Part shown: positions 37,290-47,741 of the stretch, piece by piece
Position numbering within the stretch: position 1 is the stretch's first letter
Layout of the letters: every line of letters begins with the position of its first letter
Assembly: GCA_964395205.1 (NCBI GenBank)
Contig: CAYNBL010000001.1
Location: 10,113-74,112, forward strand
Source: an uncultured bacterium
GTDB taxonomy: Bacteria > Fidelibacterota > Fidelibacteria > Fidelibacterales > Fidelibacteraceae
Reading direction: 5' to 3'
Length of the DNA stretch: 64,000 bases
Program-made: the position numbers and the translations under genes
Notes under the pieces: generated by a model
The model's input: the letters and a program-made list of their open reading frames with translations, nothing else
Told to the model about the DNA's origin: nothing
Databases searched by the model: none

Positions 37290-38387
37290 ATGATAAAACA
37301 ACTTACAGTCAAAAACTTTAGGATCTTTGATGAAAAAACGGTGGATTTTCAACCGGGAGTTAATGTAATTCTTGGTAAAAATGGTGTGGGAAAAACCTCA
37401 CTGCTTGAGGCGATCTACTTTACATCTTTTACAAAATCCTTTAAAGCCCCACAAGATATTGATATGGTAAAACAAGATGCTGATTTTTTTCAAATCGCAA
37501 GCACCTGGGTAGAAAGTAAATATACCAATACCCAAGCAAACTATCTTAAAAATAAAGGGAAACGCTTTATTTTTGACGAAGAAACCATCACCCGCATGAT
37601 CGATATCATCGGAAGCTTCCCTTTGGTCTTTCAGTCACCGGAGGATTTTCGTGTTACGGCCGGGCCAAGCTCTGAGCGGCGCAGTTATTTTGACAGATTT
37701 ATTTCTCAAATATCCTCGGCCTATCTTCAAGACCTGATCACATATAGAAGATTGCTTAAAAACCGAAACGCACATTTGAAACAGCTCAGCGAAAGAAAAG
37801 ACTATATCTATACGGCTCAACTACAAGTATACGATCAGCAATTGTCCCCCATTATGTACGGGATAATGAACACACGGCGCTCGTATAGTGAATTGTTTAA
37901 TAAACATCTTGATGAACTTTATAGCTCAACTTTTGAAGACGGGAGCATGGGAAATATCGTTTATAAACCTTCTTTACTTGCCGAAACAGAAGCTGATTTT
38001 CAGATCGTTCACCAAGAGCAAACACAAAACAATATTGAAAAAGAGATCATTTTACGAAGAACATTATGGGGACCAAACTATGACAAATATCTTTTTCTGC
38101 GTAACGGAGAACCACTGATCCACTACGCTTCACAGGGAGAGCACAAGATATGGATGACAATGTTAAAACTTGCTGAAGGCGCCATCATTACAGGGCTTCA
38201 GGGCATAGAACCCATATATTTACTTGATGATCTTTTTGCGGAGTTGGATATTAACAATAGCAAACGAATAACGGAAAAGATCATGAAAGCAAAACAAGTT
38301 CTTATCAGCACGACCGACATGAGTGATCTTCGTCGTCATGGCATAGATGCCGAAAAAGACAATATTAATATTATTGAAATTTCTTGA
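37290..38387 (+). CDS. recF: DNA replication and repair protein RecF
   Basis: Walker A GKNGVGKTSLLEAIY, signature SQGEHK, and Walker B LLDDLFAELD. Confidence 0.93.
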   Translation: MIKQLTVKNFRIFDEKTVDFQPGVNVILGKNGVGKTSLLEAIYFTSFTKSFKAPQDIDMVKQDADFFQIASTWVESKYTNTQANYLKNKGKRFIFDEETITRMIDIIGSFPLVFQSPEDFRVTAGPSSERRSYFDRFISQISSAYLQDLITYRRLLKNRNAHLKQLSERKDYIYTAQLQVYDQQLSPIMYGIMNTRRSYSELFNKHLDELYSSTFEDGSMGNIVYKPSLLAETEADFQIVHQEQTQNNIEKEIILRRTLWGPNYDKYLFLRNGEPLIHYASQGEHKIWMTMLKLAEGAIITGLQGIEPIYLLDDLFAELDINNSKRITEKIMKAKQVLISTTDMSDLRRHGIDAEKDNINIIEIS

Positions 38388-38455
38388 GATAAAATTCCCC
38401 ACAAAAACATTTATATACACAGGAGCATTCAGTATATTTAAGACTGGAAACAAAT

Positions 38456-39286
38456 ATGAATAGATCACATAAACAAAGATTAATAATTGGCTTTACTCTG
38501 GCACCCGTTTTTCTTGGGGCGGCTTGGTTTGGCAGCGGCTGGTTTCTTGCCATAGTTGCCCTTATTGCTGTGTTTTCACAGTATGAACTCCTTAAAATGG
38601 TTCAATATCCCCCACGCGTTCTGATGGTGCTAACACTGATTGTAACACCGCTTTGTTTATTGGCCATGTATTTTGAGAGATTTGACCTTGTTTATTTAAT
38701 TCTGCTTTTTGCGGCTATTTTTACAAATTTTAGTTTGCTCTTTTACAAAGACTCTGAATTTTTAAAGATGTCTTTTGTTGGGCTTGGCTCTGTTACATAC
38801 CCCGGGTTAAGCCTGGGTACTTTGATCCTTTTAAGGAATATCGAAATAAGCGGCCTAAGCGTATCGGTTGATATTGGTCGCAATATTGTTATTGGGGTGA
38901 TCGTAGCCGTATACGCTACAGATATTGCCGCTTTTTATGTGGGTAAACTAATTGGCCGGCACCCCCTTTTCCTTTCAGTAAGCCCAAAGAAGACCATTGA
39001 GGGCGCTGTCGGCGGATTCGTTTTTTCCTGTTTGGCCATGTTAATTCTGTGGATGGTTGATTTTATACCCATTTTTCATCTTTTTGATTATATGGCCCTT
39101 GCTGTTTGCGCAGGTTTGTTTGGACAGATGGGAGATCTTGTTGAGTCAAAAATCAAAAGAGAGATTGGAGTTAAAGACTCATCCAATATATTGTTGACCC
39201 ACGGTGGATTCTTAGATCGATTTGATTCACTTGCAGTTGTGGCACCTCTTTGCTGGATATATGTGTACACAAAATTTTTCGTTTAA
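38456..39286 (+). CDS. cdsA: Phosphatidate cytidylyltransferase
   Basis: Multi-TM protein with the CDS signature SKIKREIGVKDSSNILLTHGGFLDRFDS. Confidence 0.9.
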   Translation: MNRSHKQRLIIGFTLAPVFLGAAWFGSGWFLAIVALIAVFSQYELLKMVQYPPRVLMVLTLIVTPLCLLAMYFERFDLVYLILLFAAIFTNFSLLFYKDSEFLKMSFVGLGSVTYPGLSLGTLILLRNIEISGLSVSVDIGRNIVIGVIVAVYATDIAAFYVGKLIGRHPLFLSVSPKKTIEGAVGGFVFSCLAMLILWMVDFIPIFHLFDYMALAVCAGLFGQMGDLVESKIKREIGVKDSSNILLTHGGFLDRFDSLAVVAPLCWIYVYTKFFV

Positions 39287-39394
39287 GGTGGTTTTTTTGA
39301 TAAAAAATCATAGATTACAAACTTGGTTTGGAATAATAGCAAAAACATAGATTAAAAATATTTATCGCAGGATAAAAGTAAAAATGAGGACTTT

Positions 39395-41212
39395 ATGAAA
39401 CCGGAAGCAATCAGATCCATTCTTGCAACGGATTGCGGTAGCACCACAACAAAAGCAATTCTCATCGAAAAACAAGGTGACGAATATAGACTTGTTGTTC
39501 GTGGTGAAGCACCCACAACCGTTGAAGCTCCTTTTGAAGATGTTACAAAAGGCGTTTTGAATGCGGCGAAAGAAGTTGAAGAACTTTGCGGTCGCCAAAT
39601 CTTAGATAATGACAAGATTATCACACCACAAAAGGGTAACAAGGGTGTTGATATTTATATTTCAACAAGCTCTGCCGGAGGCGGTCTTCAAATGGTAGTA
39701 TCCGGTATTGTAAAAGCCATGAGTGCCGAGTCTGCTGAACGTGCCGCCCTAGGTGCTGGTGCGATTGTAATGGATGTTTTGGCATCTAATGATGGCCGAC
39801 TTCCTCACGAAAAGATTCAGCGTATTCGACATCTTCGTCCCGACATGATTCTTCTATCAGGCGGTACAGATTCGGGAAACATTAAGGGCGTTGTAGAAAT
39901 GTCAGAGCTTTTAAAAGCCGCGAACCCCAAACCACGCCTTGGTATTAATTATAAGCTTCCTGTTATTTACGCGGGTAATCAAAAAGCGAACGACGAAATA
40001 AAAAAGAATTTATCTAAAGAAACAGACTTAAGCATTGTTGAGAATCTTCGCCCGGTACTTGAAAGAGAAAACCTAGGCCCCGCCCGTGACAAGATCCACG
40101 ATCTTTTTATGGAACACGTGATGGCACAAGCTCCCGGTTATAAAAAATTGATGTCCATGACTGATGCGCCAATTATGCCAACCCCGGGTGCCGTGGGTGA
40201 GATCATGCAGGTTATCGCAAAAAAAGAAGGCATTACAGTTCTTGGAGTTGACATTGGCGGCGCAACCACAGATGTCTTTTCAGTCTTTAAAGACCTTGAA
40301 AAAGGCGATCCTATTTTTAACCGCACCGTGAGTGCTAACCTTGGAATGTCCTATTCGATATCAAATGTGCTTGCATCTGCCACGTTGCCAAACATTCTCC
40401 GATGGGTACCATTTGAAATTGATGAAATTGATCTTCGGAACAGGATCGGAAACAAAATGATCCGCCCGACAACCATTCCACAATCTCTTGAAGAATTAAA
40501 AATAGAACAAGCTATTGCCCGTGAGGCTTTACGCTTGTCTTTTATACAGCATAAAGCATTTGCCGTTGGATTGAAAGGCGTTCAAAAAGAACGTACCATT
40601 TCTGATGCATTTGATCAATCTTCTTCAGGTGAAACCCTTGTCAACATGATGGACTTGGATATTATTGTCGGCTCAGGCGGCGTGCTTTCGCATGCTCCCC
40701 GCCGTCATCAATCAGCCCGAATGATGATAGATTCTTTCCTGCCTGAAGGGATCACCCAGATCGCAGTGGATTCCATTTTCATGATGCCACAACTGGGTGT
40801 GTTGGCTATCGTTCACGAAAAAGCTGCTACGGAAGTTTTCAATAAAGACTGCCTTCTTCGTCTTGGTACCTGTGTGGCGCCCGTCGGACCGATCAAAGCA
40901 GGCAAGGAATACATGCGTATTCGTTTCACACTTCCCGATGGAAAGATGATAGATAAAGCCTATACCATTGGCGAAATGGAATTGTTTGAAGCCCCATATG
41001 AAGCGATGGAAGCAGAGATTATTCCTGCACGTGGCGTAGATGTTGGCTCTGGCCCCGGACAAATTGTGAAGACAAAAATATACGGAGGTCTAGTTGGTAT
41101 TATTATTGATGCCCGTGGACGACGCCCTTTTGTTCTTCCGGTAAACCCAGTCGAGCGCGTATCCAAACTTCAGGAATGGAGTAAAACAGTCAATGAATTC
41201 GAGGATAAATAG
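39395..41212 (+). CDS. GlmL/MutL-like ASKHA-fold (actin/Hsp70-type) ATPase, 605 aa, function unknown
   Basis: Phosphate-1 motif ILATDCGSTTTKAILIE, phosphate-2 motif VDIGGATTDVFS, and IVGSGGVLSHAP. It resembles the glutamate-mutase accessory protein family, but no mutase genes are nearby. Confidence 0.6.
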   Translation: MKPEAIRSILATDCGSTTTKAILIEKQGDEYRLVVRGEAPTTVEAPFEDVTKGVLNAAKEVEELCGRQILDNDKIITPQKGNKGVDIYISTSSAGGGLQMVVSGIVKAMSAESAERAALGAGAIVMDVLASNDGRLPHEKIQRIRHLRPDMILLSGGTDSGNIKGVVEMSELLKAANPKPRLGINYKLPVIYAGNQKANDEIKKNLSKETDLSIVENLRPVLERENLGPARDKIHDLFMEHVMAQAPGYKKLMSMTDAPIMPTPGAVGEIMQVIAKKEGITVLGVDIGGATTDVFSVFKDLEKGDPIFNRTVSANLGMSYSISNVLASATLPNILRWVPFEIDEIDLRNRIGNKMIRPTTIPQSLEELKIEQAIAREALRLSFIQHKAFAVGLKGVQKERTISDAFDQSSSGETLVNMMDLDIIVGSGGVLSHAPRRHQSARMMIDSFLPEGITQIAVDSIFMMPQLGVLAIVHEKAATEVFNKDCLLRLGTCVAPVGPIKAGKEYMRIRFTLPDGKMIDKAYTIGEMELFEAPYEAMEAEIIPARGVDVGSGPGQIVKTKIYGGLVGIIIDARGRRPFVLPVNPVERVSKLQEWSKTVNEFEDK

Positions 41213-41252
41213 TTGAAGCCTCCGCTTCAATATTTATTATAAAGGAGAAAAT

Positions 41253-42380
41253 ATGGCACATGCATATACACCGGGATTAAAGGTTATTCCCAAAACCGTA
41301 GTTCACAAAACAAGACGCCTTCCCCTAAAAGGAAACGTCGTCGTTGAGGTGGGTGCAAAAGTCAAGGCCGAAGATGTTGTTGCAACAACCAATCTTCCCG
41401 GGAATGTTGTCCCGGTCAATCTGGCCAATATGTTGAATATAGAAGCATCTGAGATCCCGGAGCTATTGCTTATAAAGCTTGGCGAGGCGGTTAAAAAGGG
41501 AGATATTATTGCTGAAACACCTGGCATTTTTGGTTTATTTAAATCAAAAGCAATTGCTCCCGCAACAGGAACACTGGAAGCGGTTTCAAGTATTACGGGA
41601 CAAGCAATTATTCGCGAAGCCCCCATCCCCGTTTCGGTTCAAGCGTATATTACAGGAAAAGTCACCGGCATTATTGAAGATGAGGGTGTTGAAATCAGCA
41701 CAGCGGCATCTTTCATTCAAGGTATTTTTGGTATTGGCGGTGAGCGACGGGGAGAGATCAAGATACTTACCAAAAATACGACCACACAGATCACTGAAGA
41801 TATGCTTTCGGACGATTGCAAAGGTAAGGTCCTTGTTGGCGGTTCGTTTTTAAGCTACAAAGCGTTTATAAAAGCTCAGCATATTGGAGCTATCGGTATT
41901 GTTGTCGGCGGATTCAACTACAGCGATATTAAGAAGATCATCGGCTATGATATTGGTGTTGCCATTACGGGACAGGAAGATATTGATACAACCTTGATCA
42001 TTACCGAAGGTTTTGGCGAGGTTCATATGGCTGATCAAACTTTTAATCTATTAAAAACTCACGAAGGAAAGATGGCCTCTGTGAACGGCGCCACACAGAT
42101 CCGCGCCGGCGTTATTCGCCCAGAGATCATAATTCCCCTTGACGGAGATATCAAGCTCGAAAAAGAAGAAGCTGAACTTTTTGGCATGGATGCCGGAACA
42201 GAAGTTAGAGTTATTCGGGCTCCGTATTTTGGCATGCTTGGAGAGGTTACAGACCTACCCCATGAACTTCAGCGACTGGAGTCAGGCTCACTTGCCCGTG
42301 TCGCGAAAGTCAAACTTTACGAAACGAAAAAAGAAGTCCTTCTGCCACGCGCAAATCTTGAAATGATCGAGAAAAAATAG
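41253..42380 (+). CDS. Uncharacterised cytoplasmic protein (375 aa) with barrel-sandwich-hybrid-like N-terminus and KOW-like C-terminus
   Basis: No signal peptide. The segments VEVGAKVKAEDVVA and GEAVKKGDIIAE resemble lipoyl/hybrid-motif hairpins. The C-terminal VRVIRAPYFGMLGEVTDL...VKLYETKKEVLLPRANLEMI is KOW-like. No family was recognised. Confidence 0.4.
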   Translation: MAHAYTPGLKVIPKTVVHKTRRLPLKGNVVVEVGAKVKAEDVVATTNLPGNVVPVNLANMLNIEASEIPELLLIKLGEAVKKGDIIAETPGIFGLFKSKAIAPATGTLEAVSSITGQAIIREAPIPVSVQAYITGKVTGIIEDEGVEISTAASFIQGIFGIGGERRGEIKILTKNTTTQITEDMLSDDCKGKVLVGGSFLSYKAFIKAQHIGAIGIVVGGFNYSDIKKIIGYDIGVAITGQEDIDTTLIITEGFGEVHMADQTFNLLKTHEGKMASVNGATQIRAGVIRPEIIIPLDGDIKLEKEEAELFGMDAGTEVRVIRAPYFGMLGEVTDLPHELQRLESGSLARVAKVKLYETKKEVLLPRANLEMIEKK

Positions 42381-42389
42381 GAGTTGGCT

Positions 42390-43811
42390 ATGAAACGCGC
42401 AGGGATCTTACTTATTGTATTTTTACTGCTCGCTGTTTTGGGCGGGTGCAGTTCCATCGATGAAAAAATTGAGAAGGGACAGTATAATATGGCAAGAACA
42501 CAGATCAACAAAACAATAGCCACCGATAAGATAGAAGATCTTGATCGCATTGCACTTGAAGATAAAAAAGATATCATTCACCGAATTGAAATAGATTTCA
42601 ATAAATCACGAAATAATGTTCTTGAATATATTCGCCAATACTATCCGGATGTTACCGATGAACAGATGCGCGCATGGGAAGAAAGCAAAGCGCTTGAAAA
42701 AATGACAATCAACGGTGAGGACCGCTATTTTACAAGAGCAGCACAAAACCTATTTCGTATTGACAAAGAAGCCAAAGCAAAAAAAATAAAAGTGGACGGT
42801 AAAAAAAATGACGACCTTGTAGATTTTTTAGAACAAAATCTTCCGACTGTCATTGAAGAGGTGAAAAAAAGCAGGGGAACAACCGGAAAACCACTTGACC
42901 TGAAGTTTACTTACACGCTTACCGTTGACGCAGATGCGGTCCCGGCGGGCGAAATGATCCGATGCTGGCTTCCCTTCCCACGCGAGGGGAATGTTCGCCA
43001 ACAGAATGTAAAGCTTCTATCAACCAGTATAGACGAATACATACTCGCGACCAACAGCCAAATGCAACGTACTTTATATATGCAGAAACCGGCTATTGCC
43101 GGAGAACCAACGGTCTTTGAAATGGCGTTTATCACCACCACACGAGCGCAATGGTTCGATCTTGAAAACAAAGAGATTAAACCTTATAACCAAAACAGCG
43201 AAATATATAAGACATACACTAAAGAACGAAACCCACACCTCTTGTTTACGCCTGCAGTCAAAACTATGTCTGGAAAGATAGTCGGCGAAGAAAGGGACCC
43301 CTATCAGATCGTTAAAAAAATATTTAATCATATTACAGATAATTATCCATGGGCCAGTGCTCGGGAATATTCTACAATTGAAAACATCCCCGAGTATGTT
43401 ATAGCCAACCACCATGGTGATTGCGGCCAGATGACATTACTGTTTATGGTTCTTGCCCGTTACAACGGGATTCCGGCGCGCTGGCAAAGCGGTTGGATGC
43501 TTCACCCGGGGAACAAGAATTTACACGACTGGTGTGAGATATATTTTGAAGGTTTGGGTTGGGTGCCGGTTGACCAATCTTTTGGACGCCAGCAGGTTAA
43601 AAACCCCGAGGTTCAAGGCTTCTTCCTGGGTGGTTTAGATGCATACAGATTGATCGTAAACGACGATTATGGAATGTCTCTTTTTCCCGCAAAACAATTT
43701 CTGCGTAGTGAAACAAATGATTTCCAGCGCGGTGAAGTTGAATGGAAAGGCGGGAACTTGTATTTTAACCAATGGGACTATCACTTAGAACTAGAATATT
43801 TAAATAAATAG
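42390..43811 (+). CDS. Transglutaminase-like cysteine protease-fold lipoprotein
   Basis: Lipobox LAVLGGCSS. A transglutaminase-core Cys-His-Asp arrangement is present: HHGDCGQMTLLFMVLARYNGIPAR...HDWCEIY...GWVPVD. Confidence 0.8.
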   Translation: MKRAGILLIVFLLLAVLGGCSSIDEKIEKGQYNMARTQINKTIATDKIEDLDRIALEDKKDIIHRIEIDFNKSRNNVLEYIRQYYPDVTDEQMRAWEESKALEKMTINGEDRYFTRAAQNLFRIDKEAKAKKIKVDGKKNDDLVDFLEQNLPTVIEEVKKSRGTTGKPLDLKFTYTLTVDADAVPAGEMIRCWLPFPREGNVRQQNVKLLSTSIDEYILATNSQMQRTLYMQKPAIAGEPTVFEMAFITTTRAQWFDLENKEIKPYNQNSEIYKTYTKERNPHLLFTPAVKTMSGKIVGEERDPYQIVKKIFNHITDNYPWASAREYSTIENIPEYVIANHHGDCGQMTLLFMVLARYNGIPARWQSGWMLHPGNKNLHDWCEIYFEGLGWVPVDQSFGRQQVKNPEVQGFFLGGLDAYRLIVNDDYGMSLFPAKQFLRSETNDFQRGEVEWKGGNLYFNQWDYHLELEYLNK

Positions 43812-43824
43812 AAAGGAAATAAGA

Positions 43825-44847
43825 ATGAAAAGGACCCTATTAATTATGGCGTTAGCAACAATGATGTTCGTCGGGTGTTCGGATAAAGCCGATCTTACCC
43901 CTGCCCAGGTTGAGTTTTTTAAAGCAATGGGCGAAAAGATCTCTTACATGAAGCCTGACACCTCGGTTGTATTGGCTACCACCACAGCGTTTGAGATTAA
44001 AAATCACGATATAATGGAAAGTGTTTATCAGGGCATGCACGGAGATATCTCAATTATCGAAAGTGTTGATCCCGCTCGTATTGAATCGTTTATTATGCAA
44101 ATAGTTACACTGAAAGCACAACAAGATATCTTGTTAGCAGAAGCAAAAAAAGACGGTATAACAGTTACAAAAGATTCAATTGATGCTTTTATGAAAAAAA
44201 AACTTTTTATCCCCAACGGTGGCAAAGATGCATTTCTTGAACAACTCAAATTACAGCAGGTCGACCTTGATTTTGTTCGCGAAGATACTCGCAAAAACAT
44301 GCTTATCATGAAATATATTGACGAAGTTGCCCTTAAGGATATTGATGTGAATGTTTCAGATGAAGAAGTAGTTGATTATTACAACAACAATAAAGAACAA
44401 TACTCACAAGAAACGGCAACGGTTCGCCATATTCTTTTCCTGACGCAAGGTAAACCAGAAGAAGAGGTAGACAGTATTAAAACATTGGCGGCTGATGTTG
44501 CCAAAAGAGCGCAAGCAGGCGAAGATTTTGTTTCACTTGTTTCTGCCTATAGTGAAGACCCCGGTTCAAACACGAGTGGTGGACTTTATGCGGATTTCCC
44601 ACGTGGTCGAATGGTCCAATCTTTTGAAGACGCCAGTTTCACGCTTCCCATTGGAACGATCTCTGATTTGGTGGAAACACCCTACGGTTATCATATTATT
44701 AAGATCGAAGATCGCAAAGCAGGCAAAACACTTGAAGATGTTCGCGACGAAGTTGTTTTAGTTTTAAAAGAACAGAAAAAAGAAGCCGCTTTTCCACCGG
44801 TGCTTGACAGCCTGGTTGCAAAGTATGAATTTACTTTTCCTCTCTAG
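43825..44847 (+). CDS. Parvulin-type PPIase lipoprotein (PrsA-like)
   Basis: Lipobox MFVGCS and a rotamase domain (VRHILFL...YGYHIIKIEDR). Confidence 0.8.
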   Translation: MKRTLLIMALATMMFVGCSDKADLTPAQVEFFKAMGEKISYMKPDTSVVLATTTAFEIKNHDIMESVYQGMHGDISIIESVDPARIESFIMQIVTLKAQQDILLAEAKKDGITVTKDSIDAFMKKKLFIPNGGKDAFLEQLKLQQVDLDFVREDTRKNMLIMKYIDEVALKDIDVNVSDEEVVDYYNNNKEQYSQETATVRHILFLTQGKPEEEVDSIKTLAADVAKRAQAGEDFVSLVSAYSEDPGSNTSGGLYADFPRGRMVQSFEDASFTLPIGTISDLVETPYGYHIIKIEDRKAGKTLEDVRDEVVLVLKEQKKEAAFPPVLDSLVAKYEFTFPL

Positions 44848-44867
44848 ATATTGAGATAAATCATTTT

Positions 44868-44896
44868 AAAACACCCCGAATATTCGGGGTGTTTTT
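44868..44896 (+). terminator. Rho-independent terminator closing the 39.4-44.8 kb gene string
   Basis: AAAACACCCCGAATATTCGGGGTGTTTT is a perfect 12-bp stem followed by a T-run. Confidence 0.85.
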
Positions 44897-44990
44897 ATAG
44901 TATCATTTATTAAATTGAAGTAAAGTTGAAACAAATGATAGGAGAAAGGCGATAAAATTAATATAATTGCTGGAAAACGGCTGAGAAACC

Positions 44991-46613
44991 ATGGAGAAAG
45001 AAAAAATTATGGCCTTTATTAAACGAAACAAAAGAACTATTGTGCTTTCAATGGTGGCATTGGTGCTGTTATTTAGTATATCTCATATTTCACGACTTCG
45101 CGCAGATGCACGCGACATCTATGAAAAGCTACAAGTTTTGACCGATATTATTGGGATCGTAAATGAAAATTATGTTGAAGATGTCAACTGGGACAGCACA
45201 ATGGAAGGTGCATATAGGGGATTACTTGAACAACTGGATCCCCATTCCACCTATATTCCCGCAAAGCGTCTTAAAACGGAACAAGAAAGATTCGAGGGCG
45301 AATTCCAGGGAATTGGTATTGAATATGATATTATTGACGGTTATATAACCGTTATTTCACCCATTGTCGGAACCCCCGCAGACAAAGTCGGCTTGCAATC
45401 CGGTGATAAATTTCTGAAGATCGATAATGAGTCTGCCTATAAGATAACCCGCGACCAAACCAAAAAAAGGCTTCGTGGCAAAAAGGGCACAAAAGTAATC
45501 GTTAATGTATTGCGCCCCGGAGTGGAAAAACCCTTTGATGTAACGATCACGCGGGATGACATCCCCCTTTACTCAATATCGGGATATTTTATGATAGACG
45601 ATGAAACGGGTTATATTCTTCTGAACCGCTTCGCCGAAAAAACGTATAAAGAATTTACAGATGCTATGAAATCTTTGAAAAAAGAAGGAATGAAGTCTCT
45701 TATTCTTGATCTTCGTTACAACCCTGGCGGATATATGAATCAGGCCATTGATATCCTAGATGAATTTGTTGGAGCCGGCGACACCCTTGTTTATACACAG
45801 GGACGGATACGCAGTTCCAATAGCTATCATATCGCCACCAAAAGGGGAAATTATGAAGAACTCCCCATTACGATTTTGATCAATCGCGGATCTGCTTCAG
45901 CATCGGAAATTGTTGCGGGAGCACTTCAGGATCTTGATCGCGGTTTGATCGTTGGCGAAACATCTTTCGGAAAAGGTCTGGTACAAAGACAATGGCCGCT
46001 GCGAGACGGATCTGCAATCCGTGTGACAACCGCACATTATTTTACCCCATCAGGTCGATTGATCCAGCGCCCCTATGAAGACGGTGTTGATAAATATTAC
46101 GAAGATCTTTATACGCTTCCCGATAGCGTATTCAACGATTCTCTTGATAAGCATTTGAATGTTCGCCCAAAACATACAACCAAAAACGACAGGATCGTTT
46201 ATGGCGGCGGCGGCATTACGCCTGACATTATTGTGAAACGAAACTATGATCTGAGCAAAAGTACAATGAACATTTTTAGTCAGGACGTTCGCGTATTTTT
46301 TAAGTTTGCCCAAAAATATGGTCGCAAACATCCGGAATATAAAAATGACATCGATAATTTTCTTTATAACGTGGAATTTGACGAAAACTTTATTCCCGAA
46401 TTGTATGAATTTGCCGTTAAGGATGTAAAAGAACTAAAAGAAGAAGAACTTGCCGAAGATAGAGATTATTTAGAAATGCAGATCAAATCAGAGCTAGCTA
46501 AGATATGGTGGAACAATAACGCCTATTATGAAGCGCGCCTTTTGAGTGACAATCAATTCAAAAAGGCCTTCCAGTCCATGAAAGAAGCGCAAAAGTTTAT
46601 GGCAATTCATTAA
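44991..46613 (+). CDS. ctp: Carboxyl-terminal processing protease (S41)
   Basis: 540 aa with an N-terminal anchor, a PDZ domain (GIGIEYD..GTPADKVGLQSGDKFLKID), and the S41 catalytic region INRGSASASEIVAGALQD...TSFGKGLVQ. Confidence 0.9.
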   Translation: MEKEKIMAFIKRNKRTIVLSMVALVLLFSISHISRLRADARDIYEKLQVLTDIIGIVNENYVEDVNWDSTMEGAYRGLLEQLDPHSTYIPAKRLKTEQERFEGEFQGIGIEYDIIDGYITVISPIVGTPADKVGLQSGDKFLKIDNESAYKITRDQTKKRLRGKKGTKVIVNVLRPGVEKPFDVTITRDDIPLYSISGYFMIDDETGYILLNRFAEKTYKEFTDAMKSLKKEGMKSLILDLRYNPGGYMNQAIDILDEFVGAGDTLVYTQGRIRSSNSYHIATKRGNYEELPITILINRGSASASEIVAGALQDLDRGLIVGETSFGKGLVQRQWPLRDGSAIRVTTAHYFTPSGRLIQRPYEDGVDKYYEDLYTLPDSVFNDSLDKHLNVRPKHTTKNDRIVYGGGGITPDIIVKRNYDLSKSTMNIFSQDVRVFFKFAQKYGRKHPEYKNDIDNFLYNVEFDENFIPELYEFAVKDVKELKEEELAEDRDYLEMQIKSELAKIWWNNNAYYEARLLSDNQFKKAFQSMKEAQKFMAIH

Positions 46614-46620
46614 TAATTCA

Positions 46621-46649
46621 TTGACTTTATAAGCGTATTTGCTTAAAAT
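46621..46649 (+). promoter_or_regulatory. Sigma70-like promoter upstream of exbB
   Basis: TTGACT-N17-TAAAAT lies 48 bp upstream of the exbB ATG. Confidence 0.45.
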
Positions 46650-46696
46650 GATACGTTGTACATGTAAATTAAAACGATAATTTGGAGGTCGATTTT

Positions 46697-47311
46697 ATGG
46701 TAAAGCTCTTTTTAGATGGTGGCGCATTCATGTGGCCAATCTTGGGTGTTTTTATTGTTGGTCTTGTCATTGTATTTGAGCGTTTATATGCGCTTATTAC
46801 AATTTCAACCAAAACAAAAGCTTTCACCAAAATAATTAAAGGTACTTTGGAAGAAGATGGAATTGAAGCAGCTCTTGCAGTTTGTGAAGAATCCACTAGT
46901 CCTATTGCCATTATGTATGCAGAAGCCCTGCGTCACACAGACAAAGGCTTGGAAAGAGTTGAAAAAACTTTGGATACTATCGGTTCGCTGGAAATGACTT
47001 TTCTCGAAAAGAACCAGATATGGTTGTCCACCGTGATCGTTATTGCACCAATGCTTGGTTTTACAGGAACGGTTTCCGGTATGGTCACCGCTTTCCAGGA
47101 TATTGCTGCTTCTAACGATATGTCTCCGGCCATTGTTGCCGTTGGTATTTCTCAAGCACTTTTGACCACATTGTTTGGTCTTGTTGTGGCCATGATCATT
47201 CAGGTATTCCAGAATTTCTTCCTTTTCCAAATCGACAATCTTGTCATTGATATGGAAAGAAGCTCTTTAGACCTTCTTGATACGCTTGAAACAAAAACGA
47301 TCAAAAAATAA
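46697..47311 (+). CDS. exbB: MotA/TolQ/ExbB proton-channel protein
   Basis: Three TM helices and a conserved C-terminal ..ALLTTLFGLVVA.. segment. GGAGG lies 8 nt upstream of ATG 46697. Confidence 0.88.
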   Translation: MVKLFLDGGAFMWPILGVFIVGLVIVFERLYALITISTKTKAFTKIIKGTLEEDGIEAALAVCEESTSPIAIMYAEALRHTDKGLERVEKTLDTIGSLEMTFLEKNQIWLSTVIVIAPMLGFTGTVSGMVTAFQDIAASNDMSPAIVAVGISQALLTTLFGLVVAMIIQVFQNFFLFQIDNLVIDMERSSLDLLDTLETKTIKK

Positions 47312-47334
47312 AACAGAAATGATAGGAAGATCAA

Positions 47335-47733
47335 ATGTTAGGTAAGAAAAAACGTCCGCCTGCAGAGATCCCGAGTTCGTCAATGTCTGACATTGCGTTT
47401 CTGTTATTGGTCTTTTTCCTTTTGGTATCAAATGTTGATACCGATAAAGGCCTGGGAGTTCTTTTGCCCCCACCCGGTGACTCAGAGATCAAGTTGAACC
47501 CCAAGAACATTACTATGGTATTGGTTAATTCCACTGGAGATGTCCTATTCAACGATGAGGTTATACCGGTTGAGGAAATCACTGCGCGTGCGCGCCAGCT
47601 TGAAGCAAGCAATCCCAATATGGTTTTTTCGGTTCAAACGGACCGAAGAACCAAATATCAAGACTATATTGATGTGGTTGATCAGCTAACTGCTGCAAAC
47701 GTCAAGAAATTGGCACTTATTGGTACGCAGTAG
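47335..47733 (+). CDS. exbD: Biopolymer transport protein ExbD/TolR
   Basis: 132 aa with the motif MSDIAFLLLVFFLL and a periplasmic alpha/beta domain. Confidence 0.88.
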   Translation: MLGKKKRPPAEIPSSSMSDIAFLLLVFFLLVSNVDTDKGLGVLLPPPGDSEIKLNPKNITMVLVNSTGDVLFNDEVIPVEEITARARQLEASNPNMVFSVQTDRRTKYQDYIDVVDQLTAANVKKLALIGTQ

Positions 47734-47741
47734 GAGGTACT

